DNA of 64,000 bases from Sedimentisphaerales bacterium (GCA_963663965.2 CAXXFK010000032.1:96001-160000); one strand, 5' to 3'. Numbered from the stretch's first letter, positions 8,096 through 17,511 are shown. The notes: generated by a model from the letters alone, not told the origin. Numbers and translations are program-made.

Positions 8096-10297
8096 TCAGT
8101 CCAGACCTCCAACGCACAACACCCGAAAACCTAAATCGCGGCAGACAGGGATGATCCAGTAGCGATTGGCGGTGCGGCAGCTGATTTCACCATTGTTCCA
8201 ACTGCCGCCGCGCAGAACACGGCGGGCGCCACTGGTCGGCCCAATTGGATCACTAGCTGGACTTTTACTGTAATAATTCTCATCATACCAGTCCAGACAC
8301 CATTCCCATACATTGCCATGCATATCATATAATCCCCAGCCATTCGACTGCTTCTGGCCCACTGGATGAGTCTTACCACCACTATTGTCATCATACCAGG
8401 CATAATTACCCAACTGGCTCACGCTATCACCAAAACTATAGTCTGTTTTCGTTCCAGCCCTACAGGCATATTCCCATTGCGCTTCCGTTGGCAAAGTATA
8501 AGTCTTTCCTTCCAACTCACCTAACTTCTTACAAAATGCCATGGCATCTTCCCAACTCACACTCTCCACCGGATTGTTATCACCTTTAAAACTACTGGGA
8601 TTCGTCCCCATCACTTTTTCATATTGGGCCTGGGTCACTTCATACTGTCCCAGCCAGAAGCCCTTCGTAATCTTCACCTGATGAACCGGCTTCACATTAC
8701 CCTTTCCATTATGACTCCCCATCATAAACTCACCCGGCCCGATCCACACCAGTTTCATGCCGATACGATTGGTCATCAAATCACCCGGTTCGGGCCCATA
8801 GTATCCAGCAATTTTCTTATATAATGACAACGCCTCTAAATGTCCCGGTTCCAATTTTAAAAGTTCATCCAGCGCCTTAAGGGCCTCTCTTCCATCAGTC
8901 TTATTATCCTTAGCGCGCGCCAAAATTAACAGCCTGTCAATCTTTTGACGAACAATAATTTTTTGCGGCCGCTGGATTCTTTTCGTTTTCTCTTCTATCG
9001 CGTCCAGCATGCGGCTCAATCGCCTGGCCGGCTGACTGCCATTGGCCACGCCGGCAATGGCGGCTGATATCTCCCGGTCTTTATCATCCAGATAGTCAGC
9101 CGCTTCTTGCCGGGCCTTCACCATTGCCTCGGCAAATTGATAGTCTTCCAGTCCAAGCTCTTCATCCAGGTACATCTCCCATAACGCTTTCAGATCAATA
9201 AAGACACCAGACTGACCGGTTCCAGATGAACTTGATTGCGCCTCGATCTGAAAATCCCGCCAGTATTGACGCGCCTTTTCGAGATCTTCACCACTCAGGC
9301 CGACCGCGATCGCCAGCGGCATCCGTCGCGCGTTTTCTGACGCGTCCAGTCGCGGTTGCGGGATATGCTCCCAGGCCACGGAGGGCTTGTTGCGGACTAT
9401 CCAGCGGCGCACGCCATCAGCCACATATTGATTCAAGGTGCCCACTGTGACAAAGCCGCCTTCATCCGCCTTCGCCTGTCCGCGTAAACCCTGCAATAAA
9501 AAATGGGTAAATACCCCATAACCGCTGTCGGGGTCTTCATAACTGAGTTGACCAATGCCGCAACTGGTCAGGGTAATCTGGCCCCGCCCGGCGGCAAAGG
9601 CTTTCATAAAGGCTTCACTCATCGCCGGCCCGGCGCCACCCGACTTGCTGCGGCCCACCCGTTCCCGGCAGGCGTCCAGAATAACCATCTTCTTGCCCGC
9701 CCTGGATTCACTGATGGTATCGGTCAATATCTTGGAACGCAGGGCCGTATCGCTCAGATAGGCGCGCAGACCATCGGACGGCATGATATAAATGCTGTTA
9801 TCATCTTCAAAGCCATGTGAACTGACTGATACGATTACCAGGTCTTCACCGGATACCGGCATGCGGGTGGCAATAATCAGTCCATTCAGGATATCGCTTT
9901 TAGCCGCGTTTTTCAATTCCGCGCCGGCAGCTTTCAATCGCCGCAACTGCTCTACGGCAACCGGCAGGGTTGGCTGACCGGACAGACACAAAATACAGTT
10001 ATTGGCCGGAATCAGTTTCAGCTCTTCTACGAAAAGATACGCCTGACTGACCGCGTCATTCACCGCGCAATTTAATGAGGCCAGACTCGAATCTTTGGTA
10101 AATTCATTAACTCCGACAAATAGTCCGGCGCTATTACTCCTGGCCAGTGGAGTAACAGCCTGGAGTTCATTTTTTGGTAATTCCACTACCATGAGTGCTT
10201 TGGATCGATCTGACTCTGTATCGGCATTCACAGCGAATAGAAGCCAATGATTCAGTATCAACAATGCTGCTGCAAACCATAATTTCTGAGATCGCAT
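8096..10297 (-). CDS. Secreted caspase-like (peptidase C14) protein with C-terminal FGE-sulfatase-like domain
   Basis: Signal peptide MRSQKLWFAAALLIL; SSHG and LDACR catalytic His/Cys; YEVTQAQY, LPTEAQWEYACRAG, WGLYDMHGNVWEWC, RGGSW, GFRV. Confidence 0.9.
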   Translation of the reverse strand: MRSQKLWFAAALLILNHWLLFAVNADTESDRSKALMVVELPKNELQAVTPLARSNSAGLFVGVNEFTKDSSLASLNCAVNDAVSQAYLFVEELKLIPANNCILCLSGQPTLPVAVEQLRRLKAAGAELKNAAKSDILNGLIIATRMPVSGEDLVIVSVSSHGFEDDNSIYIMPSDGLRAYLSDTALRSKILTDTISESRAGKKMVILDACRERVGRSKSGGAGPAMSEAFMKAFAAGRGQITLTSCGIGQLSYEDPDSGYGVFTHFLLQGLRGQAKADEGGFVTVGTLNQYVADGVRRWIVRNKPSVAWEHIPQPRLDASENARRMPLAIAVGLSGEDLEKARQYWRDFQIEAQSSSSGTGQSGVFIDLKALWEMYLDEELGLEDYQFAEAMVKARQEAADYLDDKDREISAAIAGVANGSQPARRLSRMLDAIEEKTKRIQRPQKIIVRQKIDRLLILARAKDNKTDGREALKALDELLKLEPGHLEALSLYKKIAGYYGPEPGDLMTNRIGMKLVWIGPGEFMMGSHNGKGNVKPVHQVKITKGFWLGQYEVTQAQYEKVMGTNPSSFKGDNNPVESVSWEDAMAFCKKLGELEGKTYTLPTEAQWEYACRAGTKTDYSFGDSVSQLGNYAWYDDNSGGKTHPVGQKQSNGWGLYDMHGNVWEWCLDWYDENYYSKSPASDPIGPTSGARRVLRGGSWNNGEISCRTANRYWIIPVCRDLGFRVLCVGGLD

Positions 10298-10351
10298 ATC
10301 ACTACTCCATATCCATCCCATCAGTCTGGGACACCTCGATAACGTGACAGC

Positions 10352-10981
10352 CTAAACGCCTTCTTCCTTCTCCATCTCCTCCTCCACCTTAAACACCTTC
10401 TTCTCAATATCATCCCACGCCCGCTCATCCAGTTCCTGGCCGCCCGCCTCTTCCATCGCCGCCATAATCTTTTCGATCTCCGGATCGACTGTTTCCACTT
10501 CGCTATCCCCTTCACCCAATATATCCAGCAGCCGCCGGCTCTGCGCGTCCCCCTGCTTGCTCTTCACCTTGACATCCAGCATGAATTTCTCCAGCGCCTC
10601 CGGCTCCACCGAACTGATCATCCCCCATAGCCCCTCGCTCTTGAGCAGGTTCTCCCGCTTCTTGATCTGCAACAGTTTCCCCGTCACCATAATCTGCCGG
10701 CTGACAATTGTATTAGCCTTCAACACATCCTTCACCTCATCATCCACCTGCTTGATCTGAATCGCCATCGACTGCCGTTCGATCGTACTGGTTTTCTTGC
10801 GCCCCTCCTCAAACAACGCCCGTTTCTTCGCCTCCAATTCCCGTACCTCCTTGATAAACCCATCCTGAACGGTTTGTAACCGGATCTTCTCATTCTCCAG
10901 CTCATTCGTACTCAGCTTCTCGATCGCAACCAGTTTCCGGTTCCCGCCAAACAATCCCGCTAATTTATTCAACATGTTCAT
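10352..10981 (-). CDS. Second ESCRT-III/Snf7-like helical protein
   Basis: ~209 aa coiled coil; amphipathic start MLNKLAGLFGG; basic core and acidic tail; IEKLS-ELENEKIRL, KKRALF-EG and GLW...VEPEALE resemble recalled Vps4-linked euryarchaeal ESCRT-III proteins; AAGGA upstream of ATG 10981. Confidence 0.65.
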   Translation of the reverse strand: MNMLNKLAGLFGGNRKLVAIEKLSTNELENEKIRLQTVQDGFIKEVRELEAKKRALFEEGRKKTSTIERQSMAIQIKQVDDEVKDVLKANTIVSRQIMVTGKLLQIKKRENLLKSEGLWGMISSVEPEALEKFMLDVKVKSKQGDAQSRRLLDILGEGDSEVETVDPEIEKIMAAMEEAGGQELDERAWDDIEKKVFKVEEEMEKEEGV

Positions 10982-11039
10982 AACGCATTCCTTCGTCATC
11001 TGGTTTATGATTAATGTAGTTGTAACCATTTAAACACTA

Positions 11040-11801
11040 TCACCCTTCCACCCTCCGCTTAATCACCATCCCCACCTCCTTAATCTTCACTACCGTCAAC
11101 CGGTGATCCTCCTCCGCCAGCTTCCGCGCCACTTTTTCCACCAGCCCAGACTCCCAGTAATGCTCCAGCGCCAGCTGTTCCAACCCGGCAAACTCCCTCA
11201 CCCGCAATTCATGAACCATCGCGTCACGACAGGCCGCCTCCCGCTCCTGCCGGGTTAAACCCGAAAAGATCGGTACATGACGCAGTATCAGTTCCTGTTT
11301 CCTATCCCAGACCAGCGAGGTAATGTCCGGCCCGATCAATATCGGCAGCACCCGTCCTCCCGGCCAGCCGCTGCCCGGCGGATCGTTAACCACATAATCC
11401 CGCGCGCCCTGATTCCACCCCGTCGGGCTATACAATCCCAGTATCAACGCCTCATTCGCCATTCCCAATGACTGCTCCCGTTCCTTTAATAATGTATGTA
11501 AATCACCCTGGCCCATCGGCTCATCATACCCACCATCAGCCACCAGCAGGTCATACCTCAACACCACCTTCCCAGCCAATTGTACCCCCGGCAGACTCTC
11601 CCCAAACAGTTTCTTTACCGGCGCCAGCCGTAATCCCAACTCTTTCCCCAAAGGGTAACGCGCACATAACTCATTACGCAGCAACTGGTTATTCGTCAGT
11701 TTGCGTAAAATAGCGATCCCATCCCCCTCCCGTAACTGGATTCCACCGGCCAGATCAGACAGATTCGCCCGCAACCGGCTGATAAACTGCTCTTCCTTCA
11801 A
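11040..11801 (-). CDS. Hypothetical ESCRT-locus protein with C-terminal winged-helix-like segment
   Basis: 253-aa ORF; alpha/beta core with ILGLYSPTGW; C-terminus LEQLALEHYWESGLVEKVARKLAEEDHRLTVVKIKEVGMVIKRR fits a helix-turn-helix-wing pattern; TTG start with weak RBS. Confidence 0.6.
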   Translation of the reverse strand: MKEEQFISRLRANLSDLAGGIQLREGDGIAILRKLTNNQLLRNELCARYPLGKELGLRLAPVKKLFGESLPGVQLAGKVVLRYDLLVADGGYDEPMGQGDLHTLLKEREQSLGMANEALILGLYSPTGWNQGARDYVVNDPPGSGWPGGRVLPILIGPDITSLVWDRKQELILRHVPIFSGLTRQEREAACRDAMVHELRVREFAGLEQLALEHYWESGLVEKVARKLAEEDHRLTVVKIKEVGMVIKRRVEG

Positions 11802-12101
11802 TTTGAATAGCTCAGTATCCAGTTTAATATATCCTTATCAATTAAATTGTTTCATGTTTTCTGCACAAAGAGCGCTGGTCTTCAATCAAACCAGCTATTT
11901 CCCCTTTTTCCATCCTTATCTATTCACTTCTCGATCACCAATCTTGCCAATCATTTCTCCCACTCTCCTGAATCCAGCTCCCTTAAACCGAGCAAAAATA
12001 TTCATAATGTACTTTAATTAAATGTCTTACATATTTCATATATTCACTGTTTCTCTATGACCGCTTGTTCGTCATTTACCTAAATTTGCCTTCTTTTCTT
12101 A

Positions 12102-12266
12102 ATTTTACACCCATTTCTAAAAAAAGCAATAAAAATGTTGTATTTCATTATATGACATAAATTGCCCAATTATAACACTTTAATTCTCTCTAATACTCCC
12201 ATATGGAAACAAAAGGTAATAAAATCCAATAAAAACATTTGCATTCCCGCTTCGCCGTGTCATAAT
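12102..12266. promoter_or_regulatory. Candidate divergent sigma70-type promoters
   Basis: AT-rich intergenic region; minus strand TTGCTT-16-TAAAAT (12129..12102); plus strand TTGCAT-16-CATAAT with TG extension (12239..12266). Confidence 0.35.
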
Positions 12267-12320
12267 AGCTATAGTGAAAAAATTAATTTCTTTTAAAACC
12301 CTTTTAATGGAGGTATCGCA

Positions 12321-13028
12321 ATGAAAACCAAAGTAACAATCCTGGCAGCAATCGCATCCAGCCTGATGGTGTTTCTGCTCGCCGGATGCGGTTCAAAACC
12401 CGCATCTAAAACCCAGACAACCGTTTTGCCCTCCGACGACCAGGCATCGTTAATGATGGCCGAGGGCATGATCCGCGAATCGCTGTTCGACAGCGCTCTG
12501 GCCGAGTTAAACAAGGTCACCAATAAGTCCGGTAGCAATTACCACTATCTGGTGGCCCAGTGCTATCTCGGTCAGGACAATACCGCCGAGGCCTACACCC
12601 ATATCGAACAGGCCCTGCAGAATAATCCCAACAGTTACCGGAATCTGTCAGTATTGGGCCAGATCCGGTTCCTGCAAAAACAGTACCCCCAAAGTGCTGA
12701 AGCCTATCGCCAGGCGCTCAATTATGCCGCCAATGATGAAGTTCGCAGCCAGTTGCAGTACAACCTGGCCATGACCTGCATGGCGGCCGGCCAGTTTACC
12801 CGCGCCGATGAACACTTTCAGGAGTACCTCAAGCATCAGAACTACGTCACCAACGATGACAAAATGACTGCCGGCGCCATCGCCTACGCCGTGGGCGACC
12901 ATAAACGCGCCTTTAATTACTGGAAAGACCTTTCCACCGATGACAAAAACAAAATCCTCGTCTCCGTACAAAGTGAATCCGAACAATATCAGAATCTCGT
13001 AACCTCCAGTGAAGTAGAAAGGTGGTAA
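12321..13028 (+). CDS. TPR lipoprotein
   Basis: GGAGG RBS; lipobox LAGC; TPR patterns AEAYTHIEQALQNNP and SAEAYRQAL. Confidence 0.85.
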   Translation: MKTKVTILAAIASSLMVFLLAGCGSKPASKTQTTVLPSDDQASLMMAEGMIRESLFDSALAELNKVTNKSGSNYHYLVAQCYLGQDNTAEAYTHIEQALQNNPNSYRNLSVLGQIRFLQKQYPQSAEAYRQALNYAANDEVRSQLQYNLAMTCMAAGQFTRADEHFQEYLKHQNYVTNDDKMTAGAIAYAVGDHKRAFNYWKDLSTDDKNKILVSVQSESEQYQNLVTSSEVERW

Positions 13029-13033
13029 TCACT

Positions 13034-14023
13034 ATGAAACGCTCAATAACAATTCTCACACTCGTTATCTCTGTAATCGCTCCGACCGCTCTGTTCGCGC
13101 AGTCGACAGTTGAAGGAACCGGCTACCTGCCCAAATTCGAACCCAAAAGCAACATGAAAGTTTTGGAGGAAAACCTCAAAAAGACCGGCGAACTGGCGGA
13201 CCTGCTCAAAAATGGCAACGACGAACTCAGCGAAGCCGTTAAACAGTACAAAGACAACCGCCAGCCGGATACCAAGGCCCGCGTCTACAACCTCCTGGGA
13301 GAATTAGCCAATAAAACCGTCACTCAGATCGACAACATTGTTTCCAACAAAGACCGCATGAAAGACGGCATGCTCGAAATGAACTATAAAATGGCCAAAA
13401 TCAAGGCCTCGCTGGATGAACGCAACAACGCCTTCTCCCAGCACGACAAAACCATCCACCAGGAAGCGGACGAACTGAAGAAAGAAATGCAGGATCTGGC
13501 CCGTCAAATCAAAAATGATCCGGAAAACCAGGAACTCCGCTTCCAGTTCCGCAGCAAACTGATCAAACTCTACCACCTGGACAAACGCTTGAAAACCATC
13601 CAGGCCCACAAACGCCTGAATACTACTTTCGGCGAACAACTGGCCAAGATCGACACCTTCTTCCGTGACATGAATCAGAACATGGATCATTTCGTGATGA
13701 ACCTGAAAATCCAGAAGCAATCGCTTATCGAAGAAATCAAACTGATCCAGTATTCCGCCGAACTCAATGACTGGCTGCTGGCCCAGACCGGTGACAGTCA
13801 ATCGGCCTTCGCCATGATCGGCAAAATCAAGGACCTGAGTTCCGCTCTGAAACAGTTTGAAGTCGCCACCGACGCCATGATCTGCATGGATGACATGAAT
13901 GAAATCATCCAGACCCTTCCCGATGTCAGCGATCTGCTGGGTGAATCCAGCGGTCTCAACCTCAATGATCTGGATAAAATGATCGATACTTTCGCCAATA
14001 TGGATGTCACTGCCAGCAAATAA
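13034..14023 (+). CDS. Secreted long coiled-coil protein
   Basis: Signal peptide MKRSITILTLVISVIAPTALFA; heptad-rich K/E/Q/L body. Confidence 0.8.
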   Translation: MKRSITILTLVISVIAPTALFAQSTVEGTGYLPKFEPKSNMKVLEENLKKTGELADLLKNGNDELSEAVKQYKDNRQPDTKARVYNLLGELANKTVTQIDNIVSNKDRMKDGMLEMNYKMAKIKASLDERNNAFSQHDKTIHQEADELKKEMQDLARQIKNDPENQELRFQFRSKLIKLYHLDKRLKTIQAHKRLNTTFGEQLAKIDTFFRDMNQNMDHFVMNLKIQKQSLIEEIKLIQYSAELNDWLLAQTGDSQSAFAMIGKIKDLSSALKQFEVATDAMICMDDMNEIIQTLPDVSDLLGESSGLNLNDLDKMIDTFANMDVTASK

Positions 14024-14061
14024 TGATAGTAATATTAACCTACCTTCTCAAGGAGATAGCC

Positions 14062-14727
14062 ATGAAAAAATTCAATACCTTAATCGTTCTGATCGTAACC
14101 CTCGCCGGCATCGGCGCGTTGCAGGCCCAGGAAACCCAATCCGGCTCGCTTATTCCCGAACTCAATAAGACGAATAACGGCGAAACGTCACTGACCAATG
14201 CCATTGAACCAATTCAACAATATTATCAACAACTCGGTTGAAGGCGAATACGACAGCCTCAAACAGAATAACGAGTACAACAAACAACGGATCGTCGAAC
14301 TGCAAAAACAAATCGAACTCAAAAACAAAGAGCTCGAAATGATCCCTCAGATCGTCAGCCGCCAGTTTGATGAACTCATGCAGCTGTACGCCAACGCTTC
14401 TCAAAAAGAAAAGAACAAGGCCGCCGAAGACCTGCACCAGCGCTGGCAGATGCGTGAAAAAGAAATCCAGACGGAACTGAAAATGCTCAACGAACAATTG
14501 TCGCTCGCCCAGACTCGCGAAATCGATTCCAACCAGGAAATGGCCCAGATCCGGATCAAGTCAGCCATTGAGAAATATCAAACCTGAACATCCCGGAAGA
14601 ACCGGCCGCGAAACCCGGCCCCGCCGGCCCCAACGAGCCCTATCAGATACTCATGGATATGTCTACCCGGCGTAAACTCGCCCAGATCCAGATGTTCTGT
14701 CCCATCAAAGTCAAAACCATTCTCTGA
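14062..14727 (+). CDS. Secreted coiled-coil protein, apparently split by two frameshifts
   Basis: AGGAG then ATG 14062 and signal peptide; removing one C at ~14209 joins ORF 14198..14587; adding one A at ~14581 extends it to TGA 14727. Confidence 0.6.
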
Positions 14728-14764
14728 TTATTGCAAATTCTCGCCCAGGAAAGGATATGGTATC

Positions 14765-15346
14765 ATGAAAACGCTACTTACACTCACAGGCAACATCGAT
14801 CCGATTATGGCAGCCCTCTTTCTCTTGTCGGTTATTTGCCTGGCGGCAATTCTGGATCGATTCCTCTTTTGGCTCTGCTCAGGACTTCGTTATCGTCGCA
14901 TCGATACGGAATTGTTTGGCCCCACTGAACCCGGCCGCCGCCTCTTATTGCAGCGTCTGCAAAACCGTAGGAACCTCCATTTCACTGAAGCGGTTATGGT
15001 GGCCGGGCTTCAGGAGCCCCATAGTGTAAGTCGTCTTCATCAGGCTGCGGGAGAACAGATCGAGTTGATGTCCAGGCGACTGGGCACGCTCGATCTGATC
15101 GCCCGTATCGCCCCCCTCGTCGGGATTCTCGGCACCGTCGTCGGCATGTCCCGCAGCTTCGGCGGCATCAGCGCCATTGTCACAGCCTCTCCCGACGCCA
15201 TCAGCCAGGGCATCAGCCTGGCCCTGCGTACCACTGCCTGCGGCCTGGTTATCAGCCTGGCAGCCACCATTGCCGCGGTCACCTTCCGCAAAAAAATCCG
15301 TCAGGCCTCGCTGGATATGGGGAGGATTATCTGTGAATTCGAATAA
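14765..15346 (+). CDS. exbB: MotA/TolQ/ExbB proton channel family protein
   Basis: IAPLVGILGTVVGM and ISLALRTTACGLVIS. Confidence 0.88.
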   Translation: MKTLLTLTGNIDPIMAALFLLSVICLAAILDRFLFWLCSGLRYRRIDTELFGPTEPGRRLLLQRLQNRRNLHFTEAVMVAGLQEPHSVSRLHQAAGEQIELMSRRLGTLDLIARIAPLVGILGTVVGMSRSFGGISAIVTASPDAISQGISLALRTTACGLVISLAATIAAVTFRKKIRQASLDMGRIICEFE

Positions 15347-15824
15347 TTCCAATCCGACTTTCGTACCGTTTGGCGCAAACCTCGCCGATAATACGGCCTC
15401 GGCGGATCTCACCCCGATGCTCGACACGATCTTCCTGATCATCCTGCTGCTCTTGTCGACCCTGATCAACAGCACCATCGTCAGGGGATTCGAAGTGAGC
15501 CTGCCCGCCGTCAACGGAGAAATGGCTGTCCAGAAAGAACAGGACCGCATCGAAATCTCCGTGGATCAGACCGGCCAGGTCTATATCGGCAAAGAGATCA
15601 TTTCACCCAATGCACTGGCCACAACGCTGTCTGATCAAGCCCGGCAATCACCCGATGCCCGCATCTTCCTGCGGGCCGACGATTCAGCCAACTATGGCCG
15701 TGTCGCCCAGGTTCTCAACCTGATCTCCAGACACATGCCGGGCCATCCGCTTGTTATTATCGCCGAACAGGCCGCCCATCCAACCGCCACTACCCAACCC
15801 CGAAAGGAGTCCGATCAATCATGA
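15333..15824 (+). CDS. exbD: ExbD/TolR family protein
   Basis: GGAGG then GTG 15333; DLTPMLDTIFLII with conserved Asp; LRADDSANYGRV. Confidence 0.88.
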   Translation: MNSNNSNPTFVPFGANLADNTASADLTPMLDTIFLIILLLLSTLINSTIVRGFEVSLPAVNGEMAVQKEQDRIEISVDQTGQVYIGKEIISPNALATTLSDQARQSPDARIFLRADDSANYGRVAQVLNLISRHMPGHPLVIIAEQAAHPTATTQPRKESDQS

Positions 15825-16847
15825 AAACTCGATGGATCATATGTCTGATACTCTCATTAGCTGTACATGCCGGCTGGTTATTTTACCAGAACATTAAGAC
15901 CTCCCAGGCGCCCGACCAGTCTCTGGCCCAGTCTTTAGCCAAAATCCAGTTGCTCATGCAAACCATACAACAGCAAGCCGAACCGCCGGCCCCAATCGAA
16001 TCCAATGCTCCGGAAGAACCAACCCAGGCACAAAACGAACCACAACCCGAACTAACCCCCGAAATGGACACCGTCATTCCCGAAGAATTGAAATTCAAAC
16101 CCAATTTAGAGGAAGGAGCTCTCGCAGAAAATGAAACCGAACTACCCCAACCCATCGAACCAGAATCCGAATCCGTCGCATCCCAGCCAGAATCCCTCCA
16201 GCCAGCCGCCGAGGAACTTGTGGATCGAATACCGGCTGAAACAATCCGCCCGCAAACGAACGATAATCCTGAGGAACATCAGGTTTTTCGCCGACGATTG
16301 CTCCAGGACATGGACGAAAACTGGCAAAGCATTCCAGACCTTAATACAAAAATTCCGGACCTTGTTCAACTGCCTGATATCGACCGTCATTTCGGTATTG
16401 TTCTGATGGCCTACTGCTTTAAAGACCACAAACCCTCTGCGCCCTTCCTGGTCTTCGATCGTGAATCCGGGGCCTTCGTTCCCAACGATACCCTCGACTT
16501 CTCACGCTTTTCCAATCGCATGAAGGAACGATCCCTCACTCCCGATCAGCAGCAGCAGCTCCAGTGTCGGAAAGAAGCCAGCCAGATTACCTCGCTGACC
16601 AAAACCGTCCGGCTTGATCCCGGTCGAAACCGACCGCTATTTCGCCGGAAAACAGATCGCCGCCATCCGCCAGGCCGGTGTATCACTCGACAAAGTCGCC
16701 GCCACCAACGGCCACTACGAACTAAACTGCTCCGGCGGCTACAGCCTTATCATCGATACCGTGCATACGACCGATGGTCAATTAATCCCTGTCCAGGATG
16801 AAGAAGTCGTCTATTCCAAAGCGCAGTCCGTTTGCCAGAATATTTGA
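15821..16847 (+). CDS. TonB/TolA-like membrane-anchored protein, one apparent frameshift at ~16610
   Basis: N-terminal TM with SLAVH (S-x3-H motif of TonB/TolA); Pro/Glu-rich linker; removing one C in gtccggc joins the 16614..16847 frame. Confidence 0.7.
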
Positions 16848-16868
16848 TCTTTCTGAAAGGAGCTTACC

Positions 16869-17456
16869 ATGCCACGTTATGTCTATTATTTCGCCGCAAC
16901 GTTAGCCGTTTTGATCGCCCTGTTATTGATCACCGAAAGGTGCCCCGGTCAGTCCATACCCGCCACGGATAAACTGCATGCCGCCTTTCTGATCGAAGAC
17001 CACACTCCATCCGAAACGGTACTCGACAAAAACTACGACGACCAGTCACTGCTGCACCTTATGCAGGCTGAATCCCATCGCTTCAATCGGTATGACGTGC
17101 TTCCATTCCAACCCCTGCTGCTACAATACGACCGGGAACTGATTGACAACGCCGTGTTCGAACTTCTACTAACTGAAGATCTCGCCTACACCATAGACCG
17201 CCTGCGCCAGATGGACAACGACCGTTACCGCCTCTCTGAATTCTGCCGGCTCGCCCGCCAGAACCAGATCGACTGCCTGATCGTCATCACTCTCACCAAG
17301 GGCTCCAAAACAAATGAGTATCGCTGCGACTACCTCGATACCGCATCCACCCAGTGCGTCCGCTATGACACGGTCACCATGACCAGAAACGAATCTCAGG
17401 CCACCTTGTGCCGCCAACTGACTCGCACACTCTGGAAACTGGCGCCCAAAGAATAA
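16869..17456 (+). CDS. Exported hypothetical protein
   Basis: AAGGAG RBS; hydrophobic N-terminus; alpha/beta segment RLARQNQIDCLIVITL weakly recalls CsgG/FlgO-type domains. Confidence 0.65.
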   Translation: MPRYVYYFAATLAVLIALLLITERCPGQSIPATDKLHAAFLIEDHTPSETVLDKNYDDQSLLHLMQAESHRFNRYDVLPFQPLLLQYDRELIDNAVFELLLTEDLAYTIDRLRQMDNDRYRLSEFCRLARQNQIDCLIVITLTKGSKTNEYRCDYLDTASTQCVRYDTVTMTRNESQATLCRQLTRTLWKLAPKE

Positions 17457-17511
17457 CCCCCCGGCCACGTGAAAGTTCACGTGGCCCTTCTGGTTCAGGC
17501 GCCGGGCCCGC

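Noticed and set aside
8096..8760. True formylglycine-generating enzyme activity for the FGE domains
   Set aside because: The catalytic Cys pair that follows GGS in FGE/SUMF1 is absent in all three domains; they are treated as binding modules.
11916..12005. 29-codon minus-strand ORF starting MNIFARFK, like a PspA/ESCRT amphipathic helix
   Set aside because: Very short with no RBS; could be chance or a decayed gene start, and cannot be supported from sequence alone.
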